Origin: Ignavibacteriota bacterium
GTDB lineage: Bacteria; Bacteroidota; Ignavibacteria; UBA10030
Assembly: GCA_963727825.1 (NCBI GenBank)
Contig: CAVSHO010000009.1
Span: forward strand, 224,001 to 288,000
DNA: 64,000 bases
Direction of reading: 5' to 3'
The notes under the pieces were generated by a model, which was not told the DNA's origin, did no database searches, and worked only from the letters and a program-made list of their open reading frames with translations. Position 1 is the stretch's first letter. Each line of letters begins with the position of its first letter. This document shows, piece by piece, positions 30,283 to 41,149 of this stretch. The translations under genes were made by a program, and so were the position numbers.

Positions 30283-30318
30283 CAAAGCCTCCGATTGTTC
30301 TACCACCCGGAGGCTTTG
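30283..30318. terminator. Stem-loop between convergent genes
   Basis: CAAAGCCTCCG...CGGAGGCTTTG, with a second hairpin at 30331-30354. Confidence 0.6.
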
Positions 30319-30357
30319 CTTTCTCCCACCTTCACAGAGAGGGGTTTCTGTGAATAA

Positions 30358-31305
30358 TTACAGGACGATAAATGGCACTCCCCAAATTTGCGACGAGAAC
30401 GGAGCTTGATTGTCATAAATTGATTGGCGCGTAAGTACGCTGACAAGCACGTTGAATCTGCCTGCAAAAGAACCATTCCAGCTATTTTCATACACGCGAG
30501 TGAAGGTTCCATCTCCATTTGTCACTGAACTTACAAGACTCATCTGCGCCCGCACGAAATTACCACCAAATTCTAATAGTATTGGTCTATGTGCAGTCAC
30601 TATGTCGCTATCAGGATCTGTACTCTTAACAGTCACCATGATTTTAAACATATCCGTTGGACTTGCTGTCAATTCACGTAATCCCCAGCGTTGAAGCCCC
30701 GGTCCAGATGGAACTTGGAAGAGTGAATCAATTGGGTTCATTACCTGGATTGTATCATTATTGATGAAAAGTGTCACATTTTGGATCGAGATGCCTGTGT
30801 TATTTGTTCCACCTTGTGTTCCCGACACGGCAAATATTTTCCAATTAGATAATTGAGAATAATTCTTTAAAGGAACGCGTATAAACTCTACTTTATGGAC
30901 GAGAGTTTCTGCCAATGGCTTGTAAATGATCGTGTCCTTGGGTGTTTGCTGAATCCGAATCCACACTTGTCCGGCTAATGTGTTAGTGATTGTGGCTATG
31001 ACTATAGAATCATTCACCTGATTGTATGTAACAGTGCGTGAGGCGGTTTGAATTTTTCGTCCCCACCCATCCGGTACGATTGCCGCATCCGTTTTTGCCA
31101 GCGAAGGATCAGCATCACTTAATGCAGCGGCATCTGTAGTAAAAAACGGATCCTGTGCGATAATACTCCCCATTGTTGCTTGATCCTGCTGCGCGACAGG
31201 CCTCATTTGATCGGGCTGGGTTGTCATGTTTGACTTTTCGCATCCTCCAAGACAAAACAAGAAAAGCAGGCATGAGCTTGCGATGACAGCGATATTTTGT
31301 CTCAT
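30358..31305 (-). CDS. Hypothetical lipoprotein
   Basis: AAGGAGA RBS before MRQNIAV, lipobox LGG-C, beta-rich mature part. Confidence 0.8.
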   Translation of the reverse strand: MRQNIAVIASSCLLFLFCLGGCEKSNMTTQPDQMRPVAQQDQATMGSIIAQDPFFTTDAAALSDADPSLAKTDAAIVPDGWGRKIQTASRTVTYNQVNDSIVIATITNTLAGQVWIRIQQTPKDTIIYKPLAETLVHKVEFIRVPLKNYSQLSNWKIFAVSGTQGGTNNTGISIQNVTLFINNDTIQVMNPIDSLFQVPSGPGLQRWGLRELTASPTDMFKIMVTVKSTDPDSDIVTAHRPILLEFGGNFVRAQMSLVSSVTNGDGTFTRVYENSWNGSFAGRFNVLVSVLTRQSIYDNQAPFSSQIWGVPFIVL

Positions 31306-31586
31306 TCTATTCTCCTTATTTAAACGTCGACCGTTTGTTTCGTATAAATGCTCTTTGTTATTAGATACTCTCTTACGGGACTGGTTTAAAGGGAATATTT
31401 CGAGAATAGTGACGGTTTCATTAAAAAGAAACAATAGTTTAAGTTCTGGGCATTTTTTTGCATAAACAAAAATGTTTTTTTATCCTTTCCATAAATCAGA
31501 TTGATCACTATTAATATTGAACGAATTATTCGATTCAATTTCGCTGGCAGGATTTTAACAGGAAGTTATAACATACGGTGCGGTAG

Positions 31587-32306
31587 TTATGAGTCGGTAT
31601 CGGCAGTTGTATCGAAATGCTTTGGAGCGCCTTCAACAATAATAACATACTCGCCGCGCGGAGTTTTTTTTGATAACTCAACGAGAACGGACTGCACGGA
31701 GCCACGGACGATCTCTTCAAATTTTTTCGTTAACTCACGAGCAACGACGACATTGCGACCGCCAAGATATGTTTGAATATCTGTTAGCGTTTTAATAATG
31801 CGATGCGGCGATTCGTAAACAATTATAGTACGAGATTCTGATTTCAATGATTCCCATTTTGTTTTACGGCCTTTTTTCTGTGGTAAAAATCCTTCAAACA
31901 CAAAACGATCCGTCGAAAGACCGCTGGCAATGAGAGCTGAAATAAAAGCAGTCGGGCCGGGAATTGGTATAATGGAAACACCATTTTCAAGTGCTTGTTG
32001 AACGATGTGAAATGCAGGATCCGAAATTCCAGGTGTTCCCGCATCGGAAACAAGCGCGATAGATTGACCGGAAAGTAATTTCTCGATTAATTGCGGCGCA
32101 CGCGCCTGCTCATTATAGCTATAGTAGCTCATCATCGGCTTGCTTATATTATAGTGGTCAAGCAGTATTTTTGTCTTGCGCGTATCTTCAGCGGCAATAA
32201 GATCAACCAACGCCAGTACTTTTACCGCTCGGTATGTGATATCTTCTAAATTGCCGATTGGAGTGGCAACGAGATAAAGAGTGCCATTGTTAATGGACTC
32301 CGACAT
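31587..32306 (-). CDS. rsmI: 16S rRNA (C1402-2'-O)-methyltransferase
   Basis: LYLVATPIGNLEDIT, AAEDTR, VSDAGTPGISDP, YESPHR, RELTKKFEE. Confidence 0.97.
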   Translation of the reverse strand: MSESINNGTLYLVATPIGNLEDITYRAVKVLALVDLIAAEDTRKTKILLDHYNISKPMMSYYSYNEQARAPQLIEKLLSGQSIALVSDAGTPGISDPAFHIVQQALENGVSIIPIPGPTAFISALIASGLSTDRFVFEGFLPQKKGRKTKWESLKSESRTIIVYESPHRIIKTLTDIQTYLGGRNVVVARELTKKFEEIVRGSVQSVLVELSKKTPRGEYVIIVEGAPKHFDTTADTDS

Positions 32307-32307
32307 T

Positions 32308-33153
32308 TTATATTCCCCAATCTCTCACATAGCGGAAATCGACATTGACAGTGCGGTATGAAACTTTTGCTATCACCGGCGGACGGCGCTTGAATTGATT
32401 TTTCTGAATCATCAAGCGAATCCTTTTGATAAATGACGGATCAAATTCCATTTTCACTAATTCTTCATCGGAATGCCGCTCGTCAATCATTTGGTACAAC
32501 AACGCATCGAGTTTGGCATAAGTGACACCCATTTCTTTTTCATCGGTTTGACCTTCCCATAAATCTGCCGAAGGAGCCTTCTCGATTACCAGTTTCGGGA
32601 CTCCGATTGCTTCCGCAAGCTGCCAGATCTGTGATTTGTATAGGTCGCCCAGCGGATTGATAGCGCTTGCAAGATCGCCATGTTGCGTTCCATATCCGAC
32701 CAAAATTTCTGTTTTATTGCTTGTGCCAATTACGAGTGCTTTTTCACGCGCAGAAAGATCATAGAGCACAATCATCCGCATACGTGCCATTACATTACCG
32801 CAGCGAAGTGGGTCAGTGATCTTGTTATCCTCACAATACCCATCCACCATCTTGCTGATATCAACTAATTCCGATTTAATACCGGTCACCTGAATCACTA
32901 ACCTTGCATCTTCTACACTTTTCGGATTACTGGTGCGGTACGGTATCATCACACCGAGAACATTTTCTTTGCCAAGCGCTTCCGCTGCAAGTGCCGCCGA
33001 TACAGCCGAATCAACTCCACCGGAAATCCCAATAACGGCTTTTGTGAATCCGGCATTTGATGTCTGGTCTTTAATGAATCTGACGAGCAGTTCCCGCACA
33101 ATCTTTGTGTTGAGTTTGAGATCCGCCCGATTAGCCTGTTGCGATGTTTCCAT
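32308..33153 (-). CDS. nadE: NH3-dependent NAD+ synthetase
   Basis: GISGGVDS, NVMARMRM, GTSNKTE, PLGDLYK, PSADLW. Confidence 0.96.
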   Translation of the reverse strand: METSQQANRADLKLNTKIVRELLVRFIKDQTSNAGFTKAVIGISGGVDSAVSAALAAEALGKENVLGVMIPYRTSNPKSVEDARLVIQVTGIKSELVDISKMVDGYCEDNKITDPLRCGNVMARMRMIVLYDLSAREKALVIGTSNKTEILVGYGTQHGDLASAINPLGDLYKSQIWQLAEAIGVPKLVIEKAPSADLWEGQTDEKEMGVTYAKLDALLYQMIDERHSDEELVKMEFDPSFIKRIRLMIQKNQFKRRPPVIAKVSYRTVNVDFRYVRDWGI

Positions 33154-33162
33154 ATTTAGCCT

Positions 33163-34527
33163 CTAAGCTGGTTTCATTTCTTGCAAGCAGTGACGGATAA
33201 TATCTATTCCTTCGTCCACTTCTCTTTTCGATAGATTCAATGGCGGGCGGAATCGGATTGTTCGCTCACTGCACCCAATAAGTATCAGCCCATTTTCTAT
33301 CGCTTTTTCTTTTATTAAATCGCGGTTCTGTTTTGAGTCGAGATCCATTGCGCAAAGTAATCCAAGCCCGCGTGTATTACTGATAAGTTCTGGAAATTCG
33401 TTCTCCAGTGCATTGAGGTTTTTGTGCAGATACTCTCCAACTACGAATGCATTTTCTACCAACTGCTCCTCTTCAATTATTTCTAATATCCTCGTAGCAC
33501 GTACCATGTCAATCAGATTGCCGCCAAAAGTAGAATTGAGCCGGTTTGGTACATGAAAAACATTTTCTGTCACTTCATCTATGCGTGCGCTCGAGACGAA
33601 TCCACAAACTTGCAATTTTTTCCCGAACGTCATCATATCCGGTTTTACAGAATATTCATGCGCCCACATTTTGCCGGTGATACCCATTCCGACCTGCACC
33701 TCATCGAAAATAAGCATGATTTCATTTTCATCACAGATGGTACGCAATTCCACAAAAAATTCTTTCCGGAAATGTTTATCGCCGCCTTCCGCTTGAATCG
33801 GCTCAATGATAAGCGCGGCTATGTCATCCCTGTTCTCCGTGATTGCTTTTTTAATTTGTTCAATAACTATCGCCTCTTCCTTTTTTACTCCTTCCAATCG
33901 CGCTTCTGTGAGCGGAAATGCTAAAACTGGATTATGAATGCGCGGCCATTGGAATTTCGGAAAGAACATAATCTTGATCGGTTCTGAGTTTGTTAACGAA
34001 AGTGTATAGCCGGAACGCCCATGGAACGCATTCTTGAAGTGAATAACTTGCGTACCTACCTCGCGTGTGTACCCTTTGGCAAAGTTTTTTCGCACTTTCC
34101 AATCGAACGCCGCTTTAAGTGCATTTTCATTTCCCAGTGCGCCGCCTTCAATGAAAAACGCATGCGGCAAATATGCCGGTTGTGCTATTCGCGCAAAGGT
34201 TTCAACAAATTCCGCCATCTCGACAGTGTAAACATCGGAGTTAGATGGCTTGTGCACCGCTGCTCGCCCAAGTTTTGCAAGAAACTCCGGCGTCGTCATT
34301 TTAGGATGATTCATTCCAATCGCGCCTGAAGCAAAGAACGAAAAAAAATCGAGCAAGGTTTTATTTGTCCGCGAATCGTAGATATACGAACCGTGGCTTT
34401 TCTGAAGATCAACGACAAAATCGAATCCATCCGCCAGCATGTGCCGATTAAGAACAGCATGCACTTCAGATGGCTGAATGATCACAGGATTTTTTATCGT
34501 TGGTTTTATGTTTGGTTGCTCAGGCAT
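33163..34527 (-). CDS. lat: L-lysine 6-transaminase (class III aminotransferase)
   Basis: HMLADG, KPSNSDVY, ENALKAAFDWK, AFHGRSGYTLSLTN, EPIQAEGGD, FGKKLQVCG, STFGGNLIDM. Confidence 0.92.
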   Translation of the reverse strand: MPEQPNIKPTIKNPVIIQPSEVHAVLNRHMLADGFDFVVDLQKSHGSYIYDSRTNKTLLDFFSFFASGAIGMNHPKMTTPEFLAKLGRAAVHKPSNSDVYTVEMAEFVETFARIAQPAYLPHAFFIEGGALGNENALKAAFDWKVRKNFAKGYTREVGTQVIHFKNAFHGRSGYTLSLTNSEPIKIMFFPKFQWPRIHNPVLAFPLTEARLEGVKKEEAIVIEQIKKAITENRDDIAALIIEPIQAEGGDKHFRKEFFVELRTICDENEIMLIFDEVQVGMGITGKMWAHEYSVKPDMMTFGKKLQVCGFVSSARIDEVTENVFHVPNRLNSTFGGNLIDMVRATRILEIIEEEQLVENAFVVGEYLHKNLNALENEFPELISNTRGLGLLCAMDLDSKQNRDLIKEKAIENGLILIGCSERTIRFRPPLNLSKREVDEGIDIIRHCLQEMKPA

Positions 34528-34535
34528 GAGTTATC

Positions 34536-35852
34536 TTATTGAATTCCTACGTGTTCAAAAATATATTCAACATGTTTCAAACTTCTTTTCGGATCAAAAA
34601 GTTCAGCGAGTTCTTTCTTTGATAAATACTTCATCACATCTTCGCTTCCAAGAAGCAGTGCTTTGAAATCTTTTTCTTCCCCCGAAGGGGCAGATTCCTG
34701 TTTCCATACTTTCATTGCTTGTTCCTGTACTATGCGATAAGCATCTTCGCGTTTCATTCCTTTCTTGGTCAACGCAAGCAAAACTTCTTGTGAAAAGATC
34801 AAGCCGCGTGTAGAATTGAGATTGCGTATCATATGTTCCGGATAGACAAGGAGTTTGTCGATAATCTTCATCATATCAGCAAGGATGAAATCCAAAATGA
34901 TACAGCTATCAGGAATGATAACGCGCTCAACCGAAGAATGCGAAATATCGCGCTCATGCCATAACGCGACATTTTCCATTGCTGCTAAAGCGTTTGAACG
35001 AAGAACACGCGCCAATCCGGCAATTCGTTCGCACACTATCGGATTTCTTTTATGCGGCATTGCCGAAGAGCCTTTTTGCCCCTTGGAAAAATATTCCTCC
35101 GCTTCAAGGACTTCGGTTTTTTGGAGATGCCGGATTTCTGTGGCAAACTTTTCTAACGAACAACCGCAAATGGCGAGCACATTCATAAACTCTGCGTGAC
35201 GATCACGCTGAATTATTTGCGTCGAAATCGGTGCAGGTTGCAATCCGAGCTTTTTACATACATAACGCTCAACAGAAGGGTCAAAATGCTGGTAAGTACC
35301 GACAGCGCCGGATATTTTTCCGACAGAGATTGTTTTCAGTGATATATTCAATCGTTCAATATTACGCACTGTCTCTGCATACCAAAGCGCTAGTTTTAGT
35401 CCGAAGGTAATCGGTTCGGCATGGACGCCATGCGTTCTGCCAATCATTATAGTATGTTTGAATTCCTTTGCCCTCCGCGCAAGAACGTTTTTCAAACCCT
35501 CTAATCCTTTCAGCAATAATTCTCCAGATTGTTTCATCTGCACTGCAAGCGCAGTATCCAACACGTCCGATGACGTCATACCAAGATGAATGAAGCGCGA
35601 CTCCGGGCCTACGTATTCTCCGACATTTGTCAGGAATGCGATAACATCGTGTTTCACTTCATGCTCGATCTCGAGAATTCGAGCAACATTGAAGCCTCCC
35701 TTTTCCCGGATTACTTTCATAGCTTTCTTTGGAACAATACCGAGTTCGGTTTGTGCTTCGCAAGCCAGTGTTTCTATTTCCAACCAAATGCGAAATTTGT
35801 TTTCATCTTCCCAAATCTTTCCCATCGCAGGGCGTGTATAGCGTTCTATCAT
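34536..35852 (-). CDS. purB: Adenylosuccinate lyase
   Basis: MIERY, HLGMTSSD, GRTHGVHAEP, GSSAMPHKRNP, WHERDISHSSVER. Confidence 0.98.
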   Translation of the reverse strand: MIERYTRPAMGKIWEDENKFRIWLEIETLACEAQTELGIVPKKAMKVIREKGGFNVARILEIEHEVKHDVIAFLTNVGEYVGPESRFIHLGMTSSDVLDTALAVQMKQSGELLLKGLEGLKNVLARRAKEFKHTIMIGRTHGVHAEPITFGLKLALWYAETVRNIERLNISLKTISVGKISGAVGTYQHFDPSVERYVCKKLGLQPAPISTQIIQRDRHAEFMNVLAICGCSLEKFATEIRHLQKTEVLEAEEYFSKGQKGSSAMPHKRNPIVCERIAGLARVLRSNALAAMENVALWHERDISHSSVERVIIPDSCIILDFILADMMKIIDKLLVYPEHMIRNLNSTRGLIFSQEVLLALTKKGMKREDAYRIVQEQAMKVWKQESAPSGEEKDFKALLLGSEDVMKYLSKKELAELFDPKRSLKHVEYIFEHVGIQ

Positions 35853-37067
35853 TTTCGTTCCTTCTGAGTAGATTCTAATTTCAGAGATACATCGATCGTT
35901 TTATGGTCACGAAATACCTTAAATTTTAGATAATCGCCTGGACTTGATTCGATCATGACAGCAAGAATATCATTATCGGAATTTACTTTCTCGCCATTGA
36001 CTTCAAGAACAACATCGCCGATTTTTAATCCAGCTTTTACTGCTGGTCCGCCTGCCTGAATGTCAGTCACAATTACACCCTGTGGTTGCTTCATTCCTAG
36101 AATTTGAGCAAGGTTGGCATTTACAGATTGCACGTCAAATCCTGCAGTGATATCGCGTGAAATTTTTCCTTTATTTTTTATCTCCGTGACGATCTTTTTT
36201 ATTTTATTTATTGGAATTGCAAAACCATACCCGATATATGTACTGCTTTGTCCTCCCGTAAAGATTAGAGTATTCATCCCGATCACTTCTCCGTTGCTAT
36301 TAACAAGTGGCCCACCGCTGTTTCCGCCATTAATCGCTGCATCTGTTTCAATCATGTCGTGATAGTACCGGTTTTCCATTTGTCCTAATTTCATTCCTGT
36401 CGCGCTGATAACGCCCACTGTCACGGTCGGTTTATCGTTAATTTCGAATAAGCCAAAAGGATTGCCGAGCGCGATCGCCCATTCACCAATAATTACTTCA
36501 TCAGAATTACCTAAAGCAACGTACGGAAGTTCTTTACCATCAACTTTCAGCAGGCAAATATCTGTTGCTGGATCAGAACCCACAACTTTTGCTTTCATTT
36601 GCTTACCGCCGGAGATGGTGATAGTGATATCTGTGGCGTTGCCTGCAACGTGATCGTTTGTAACTATATAACCATCCGGTGAAATTATAAATCCGGAGCC
36701 AAGTTCTTTTACTGGTTGCTTATACGTCTGATCTCCAAAGAATTGTCTCCAGATTGGATCATTTAGAAATCCTGAAAAGGGATATGACAGTCACTTGTCG
36801 CACAGCAATTACATTGATACCAACGACTGCCGGGCTGACTTTCGCCACCGCGCGTGTGATAGCATTTTGCCGTGACGTGTGAAGTGGATCATCGTCCTGT
36901 CCTGCTTTATCCTCTTTATGTTCTGCCTGAGAAAACGCCTGATTAAAAGTCGTATCGGCGGCGTGTACAGGTTTCATGCCGGAAGGTTTTACGATATATC
37001 CAAGTCCAAAACCGAGAAGAAGCGGCACGGTTAAGATGATAAAGAAACGTGTGTATGGGTTATTCAT
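35849..37067 (-). CDS. HtrA/DegP-family serine protease with one PDZ domain, +1 frameshift near 36790
   Basis: N-terminal anchor and VSPAVVGI in 36759-37067. After the shift: LGSGFIISPDGYIVTNDHV, ATDICL, TDAAINGGNSGG and a PDZ domain. Confidence 0.92.
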
Positions 37068-37097
37068 AGATGAACCTCAAAATTTGGAAAATAAAAA

Positions 37098-37718
37098 TCA
37101 AGTGACAGAATATTTGTGTCGAATTATTTCTTTTAACGGCTGCCAATGACTTAACAAATGGATGCCACTCATAATAAACGAAAAAATCCTGTAATCAGTT
37201 GCAGAAATATTGCGTACCATTACCGCCTCAATCCAGGTTGATGGAATTATCAGCAGAATAATTGGTGCAAGAAAAATAGAAGCGATATTTGCCCTTAAAA
37301 TATTCTTTACGCTTACAAATGCAATGAACCACGTTAAGCACCAAACAATTGTGTAGCTGATACCGATTGCAAACATTCCGCCTGCTGCCGGCGCTAAACC
37401 TCTTCCGCCTTGGAATCGAAGCCATATCGGATAATTATGACCGATTAATGCACTGCATAATGCCGCAGATTGATTCCAAAATGAACCGCCGAGGAGCTGC
37501 CAGGCTGCCAACGCCACGATGAATCCTTTTATTCCATCCAGTACACCGACGATGATACCGATTTTTTTCGATTGTGTTACATCATATGCATTGAAGGCAC
37601 CAACATTTCCACTGCCATTTTTGCGGATATCAATATTAGCCCTTCGACGGACTATAAGGTACGCCATTGGAATGGAACCCAAAAGATATCCTCCAAAAAT
37701 GCTAATGAATAACATCAA
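37098..37718 (-). CDS. plsY: Glycerol-3-phosphate acyltransferase
   Basis: [43 protein letters not shown]. Confidence 0.92.
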   Translation of the reverse strand: MMLFISIFGGYLLGSIPMAYLIVRRRANIDIRKNGSGNVGAFNAYDVTQSKKIGIIVGVLDGIKGFIVALAAWQLLGGSFWNQSAALCSALIGHNYPIWLRFQGGRGLAPAAGGMFAIGISYTIVWCLTWFIAFVSVKNILRANIASIFLAPIILLIIPSTWIEAVMVRNISATDYRIFSFIMSGIHLLSHWQPLKEIIRHKYSVT

Positions 37719-37909
37719 GGAATAAGGATATTGTAATTGTGGTTGATAAAAACGTTTCTTGAAGAAAAATACGGAAAAGTGAAGGGGAAAGCAAGGTAAG
37801 CGAAGAAGACGAATTATTGAGTCGATGAACAGTGTAGATTTCGAATTATAGATTTGATAAAAACGCCTTTTATCGGTTCAACTATTCGACTAATGATCGG
37901 CCTACCTGC

Positions 37910-40000
37910 TTAATCCAAAAATACCCAATTTACTCCTAGCCGAACATTTCTTCCCGGCATCGGATAGATAGGTGAAAGAATATATCCAGCATTCAGAATA
38001 TTATTCCACGAAAGAGAAACATGCGCATCACCTATTTTCAAAATTAGAAACAGATCGAACGTCGTTGAACGACCTATCAAATCGCTATTATATTGAACAT
38101 AGGAAAGCGTTTGCGGATCAAACTGCATGCCTAGTTGTCTGTTAAGGAACTGAGAACGTAATCCAATTTTCCCATCCCAATGCTCAAATATAAGATTGCC
38201 CCGATAACTAACTTCTCCGGAAAGAATAATATTCGGCATCAAAGTTTTAATCGTATCTGCTTGCTCGTACCGCGTCAATGTCATCACACCGAGCACTTCA
38301 AAATGATGCCAGTAAAACAATATCCTGCCGTTGAGTCCCGATGATTTGACTTCACTAATATTCGAAATATTAATAGCAGACGAACCGTACTTCGTAACTG
38401 CTGGTTGAAAAACAATCGCGTTCTTCACGGTTCGCTGAAAAGCGGCAAGATTCAATTGAAGATTTGAACCAGTATTTATGTCGATGCCGCCTTGAAGAAA
38501 AGAATGTTGTTCTTTAACGATTTCATTCGTGCGAATAACTGTTGAATCTCTCCAGTATCGTTCCTGTAACGTCGGAAATCTGTCATATTTCGATGCATCG
38601 ATAAACAGCGTTATCCAATCAGTAAGAACAGATTTCGCTCCGATACCCAAGCTGAGATTTCTTTCGCCATCTAATGAAGTCGAGCGTGAAGAAATTGACG
38701 GTATAAAAATATTTGTCAAACATACTTCCGCTTGCGCGAAAAGAGATTTCTCAGATTCGATGTGCGATGGAAGTGTTCGTGTGGAATCGCTCTGCCGTCT
38801 TTCAAAATCTCCACCAACTGTTAGATGCACAGGACTAAATGAAAAGTGCTGCTCAAGACGGACTCCCCAAAACGACGCTTTCGTCGAATCATCAATATTT
38901 TGATAAAGTCCATTTTGATAATCCGGCGGATTCCAATATTCTCGTTCAAGAGTGCTGTAATAGAAACTCGCTTGCGTGGTGGAAGAAGAATCCGAGAATA
39001 TACGTGCGATTGTCGAAAGTGTAACGTCGCGGCGTGAGCGCTCATCGTGTGCATATTGATTGAATACTATTGCAGTTGCCTCATCGAAGAGTGACGCCGA
39101 TTGTGATGGATCCACTCCACCATTAAGCCCGTTACCGGCTTTAGTGTAAAAATCAGTAAGCGCAATATTCAAACGATCCGAGAAATTATAGCGCAGCCGC
39201 GTGCGTACATTCCAAGCATCTAAATACGCGTTTGTATATCGCCCCACAGTAACAGTGCGTTGAAAACCAATCATCAAGTTCAAGCCGCGGGCAATATTCT
39301 GTGTGAAGAGACCATCGGTCAAAATGGTTCCATTTGGATCCTGAACAAATCGGAGTTTCGTTAGTGGGCGATAACTGTTGTACGAACGCGAAACGAAATT
39401 CAACGCCGTTCCGTCTTCGCCGGATGCCAAAATCGAAGTCGAGCCGGAAAGAATCTCGGTGTGATCGATAAATTCTAGCGGTAAGTCCGAAAGATTATAT
39501 GTGCCGGTCACGGGATCGTTCATCGGGCGTCCATCTAACAAAATTTCGATGCCGCGTCCATCAACGCCAAATGCGTTTAGTTGTCCCCACTTGCCCGCTT
39601 CACCTAAATCGCGATAGAAAAATCCGGGGAGTTTCCACAGCAAATCTCCAACATACTTTGCATCGCTCCATAAGAATTGTTTTTGATGAAGCACGTCTGT
39701 CGTATCAACTTCGTTAATGATTTGCCCCATTCCAGGAAGGAAGCGAATCCGAACAGAATCAATAACAGTAGAATCAGCATGTGCGGTTGATATTGCGCCA
39801 ACTCCGTTTTTTAGCGTGTCGACAAAGGATTGAGACTTCCGCGGCTCTATGACGATATTATGACTCATTGAATCTACGTTTATCGTGGATGTCCGGGTAA
39901 TTACAGGCGATGTTTTTGTTTCGGTATGTTGAGCAGCTGCGAGTGCCGCAATAAGGAGTGAAAGAATAACAAGTGCAGAAATACGGATAATGAATTTCAA
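37910..40000 (-). CDS. Outer-membrane beta-barrel (putative porin / TonB-dependent receptor with plug domain)
   Basis: Signal peptide, plug-like ILLDGRPMND..IDHTEIL, amphipathic strands, C-terminal YPMPGRNVRLGVNWVFLD. Confidence 0.75.
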   Translation of the reverse strand: MKFIIRISALVILSLLIAALAAAQHTETKTSPVITRTSTINVDSMSHNIVIEPRKSQSFVDTLKNGVGAISTAHADSTVIDSVRIRFLPGMGQIINEVDTTDVLHQKQFLWSDAKYVGDLLWKLPGFFYRDLGEAGKWGQLNAFGVDGRGIEILLDGRPMNDPVTGTYNLSDLPLEFIDHTEILSGSTSILASGEDGTALNFVSRSYNSYRPLTKLRFVQDPNGTILTDGLFTQNIARGLNLMIGFQRTVTVGRYTNAYLDAWNVRTRLRYNFSDRLNIALTDFYTKAGNGLNGGVDPSQSASLFDEATAIVFNQYAHDERSRRDVTLSTIARIFSDSSSTTQASFYYSTLEREYWNPPDYQNGLYQNIDDSTKASFWGVRLEQHFSFSPVHLTVGGDFERRQSDSTRTLPSHIESEKSLFAQAEVCLTNIFIPSISSRSTSLDGERNLSLGIGAKSVLTDWITLFIDASKYDRFPTLQERYWRDSTVIRTNEIVKEQHSFLQGGIDINTGSNLQLNLAAFQRTVKNAIVFQPAVTKYGSSAINISNISEVKSSGLNGRILFYWHHFEVLGVMTLTRYEQADTIKTLMPNIILSGEVSYRGNLIFEHWDGKIGLRSQFLNRQLGMQFDPQTLSYVQYNSDLIGRSTTFDLFLILKIGDAHVSLSWNNILNAGYILSPIYPMPGRNVRLGVNWVFLD

Positions 40001-40003
40001 GAT

Positions 40004-40867
40004 TTAGTCGATTTTAGGTTGGTGAATCGATTTGAACGAAGGCGCTGTAATCGAAGTTTGATAATTTTTTGGGAATGATGAAAGTGCAGCGAGCGCTTTC
40101 TTATTGTTTTCAAAAAAACCATATATCGATGAACCGCTGCCGCTCATCAATGAAAATACAGCCCCCATCTCGATTAACTTCTGTTTGATGCGGCTGAGTT
40201 CGGGATAAATTTTAAATACCGACAACTCGAAATCATTTTGAACAACTGATGCCAATTTTTGAGGATTGGACATTTGTTTCACAAGTTTGGTACGCAATCC
40301 GCTTGCTTTTTCATTTCGTTTTAATACAAGGTGATTGTAAGCCCATGCCGTAGGAATACGAATCAAAGGTGTAACAACTGCAATCCAAAACGGCATTGTA
40401 AAAGAAAAAGATTCCAAAATTTCGCCCCGCCCCGTAGCATACGCAGTTCCGCCATCGATGAAAAATGGAACATCCGAACCGATCTGTGCTGCAAGTGTAT
40501 GCAATTGATTATTCGATAATTTTAATTCCCAAAAATGATTTAAGCCGCAAAGCACTGCCGCCGCATCACTGCTGCCGCCGCCGAGTCCACCACCGACAGG
40601 AATATTTTTTTTCAAATGAATCATCACTCCCTGTCGAACATGTTTTTCTTTTTGCAGGAGGTTTGCAGCACCAAGGCAAAGATTGGATCCATCTACTGGA
40701 ACGAGAATGGAATCAGCAGTCATTGCTACTTTGTCATGCCGTTGCAATTCAATTTCATCAAAACAATCGATCTCGTGGAAAACTGTTTCTAGATCGTGAT
40801 AACCATCCGATCTTTTCCCAAGGATATTAAGCCCGATATTAATTTTTGCGTATGCGCGGAGTTTCAT
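40004..40867 (-). CDS. ispE: 4-diphosphocytidyl-2-C-methyl-D-erythritol kinase
   Basis: AKINIGL, DGYHDL, KNIPVGGGLGGGSSDAA, GSDVPFF, MSGSGS. Confidence 0.97.
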   Translation of the reverse strand: MKLRAYAKINIGLNILGKRSDGYHDLETVFHEIDCFDEIELQRHDKVAMTADSILVPVDGSNLCLGAANLLQKEKHVRQGVMIHLKKNIPVGGGLGGGSSDAAAVLCGLNHFWELKLSNNQLHTLAAQIGSDVPFFIDGGTAYATGRGEILESFSFTMPFWIAVVTPLIRIPTAWAYNHLVLKRNEKASGLRTKLVKQMSNPQKLASVVQNDFELSVFKIYPELSRIKQKLIEMGAVFSLMSGSGSSIYGFFENNKKALAALSSFPKNYQTSITAPSFKSIHQPKID

Positions 40868-41044
40868 TTTATTTTACCAACTGTCAGCGCTGCAAAGAAA
40901 TAGTCTGCAAAATCTTCGCCTACAACTGCATCCCGGCAGAACTATAGCAGACAAGGAAGTAGAAGCTATCTTAACAATGATTTTAATTCACTCTGACAGC
41001 TAGTGTATTATTGACATAGCTTCTAATCAAAGTAAGCACAAGGG

Positions 41045-41073
41045 AAAATAACGGAATTACGTGGCAGATGCAA
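41045..41073 (-). promoter_or_regulatory. Putative sigma70 promoter for ispE
   Basis: TTGCAT-N17-TATTTT on the minus strand, about 170 nt upstream of the ATG. Confidence 0.4.
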
Positions 41074-41096
41074 GGCATTGAATGGTATTAGCTTCT

Positions 41097-41125
41097 TTGA
41101 TTGTTCCGGCATTTTTTCGTATGTT
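41097..41125 (+). promoter_or_regulatory. Putative sigma70 promoter for the kdsA operon
   Basis: TTGATT-N17-TATGTT. Confidence 0.45.
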
Positions 41126-41149
41126 TTTTAACGAACGAGACCGAGCTAT

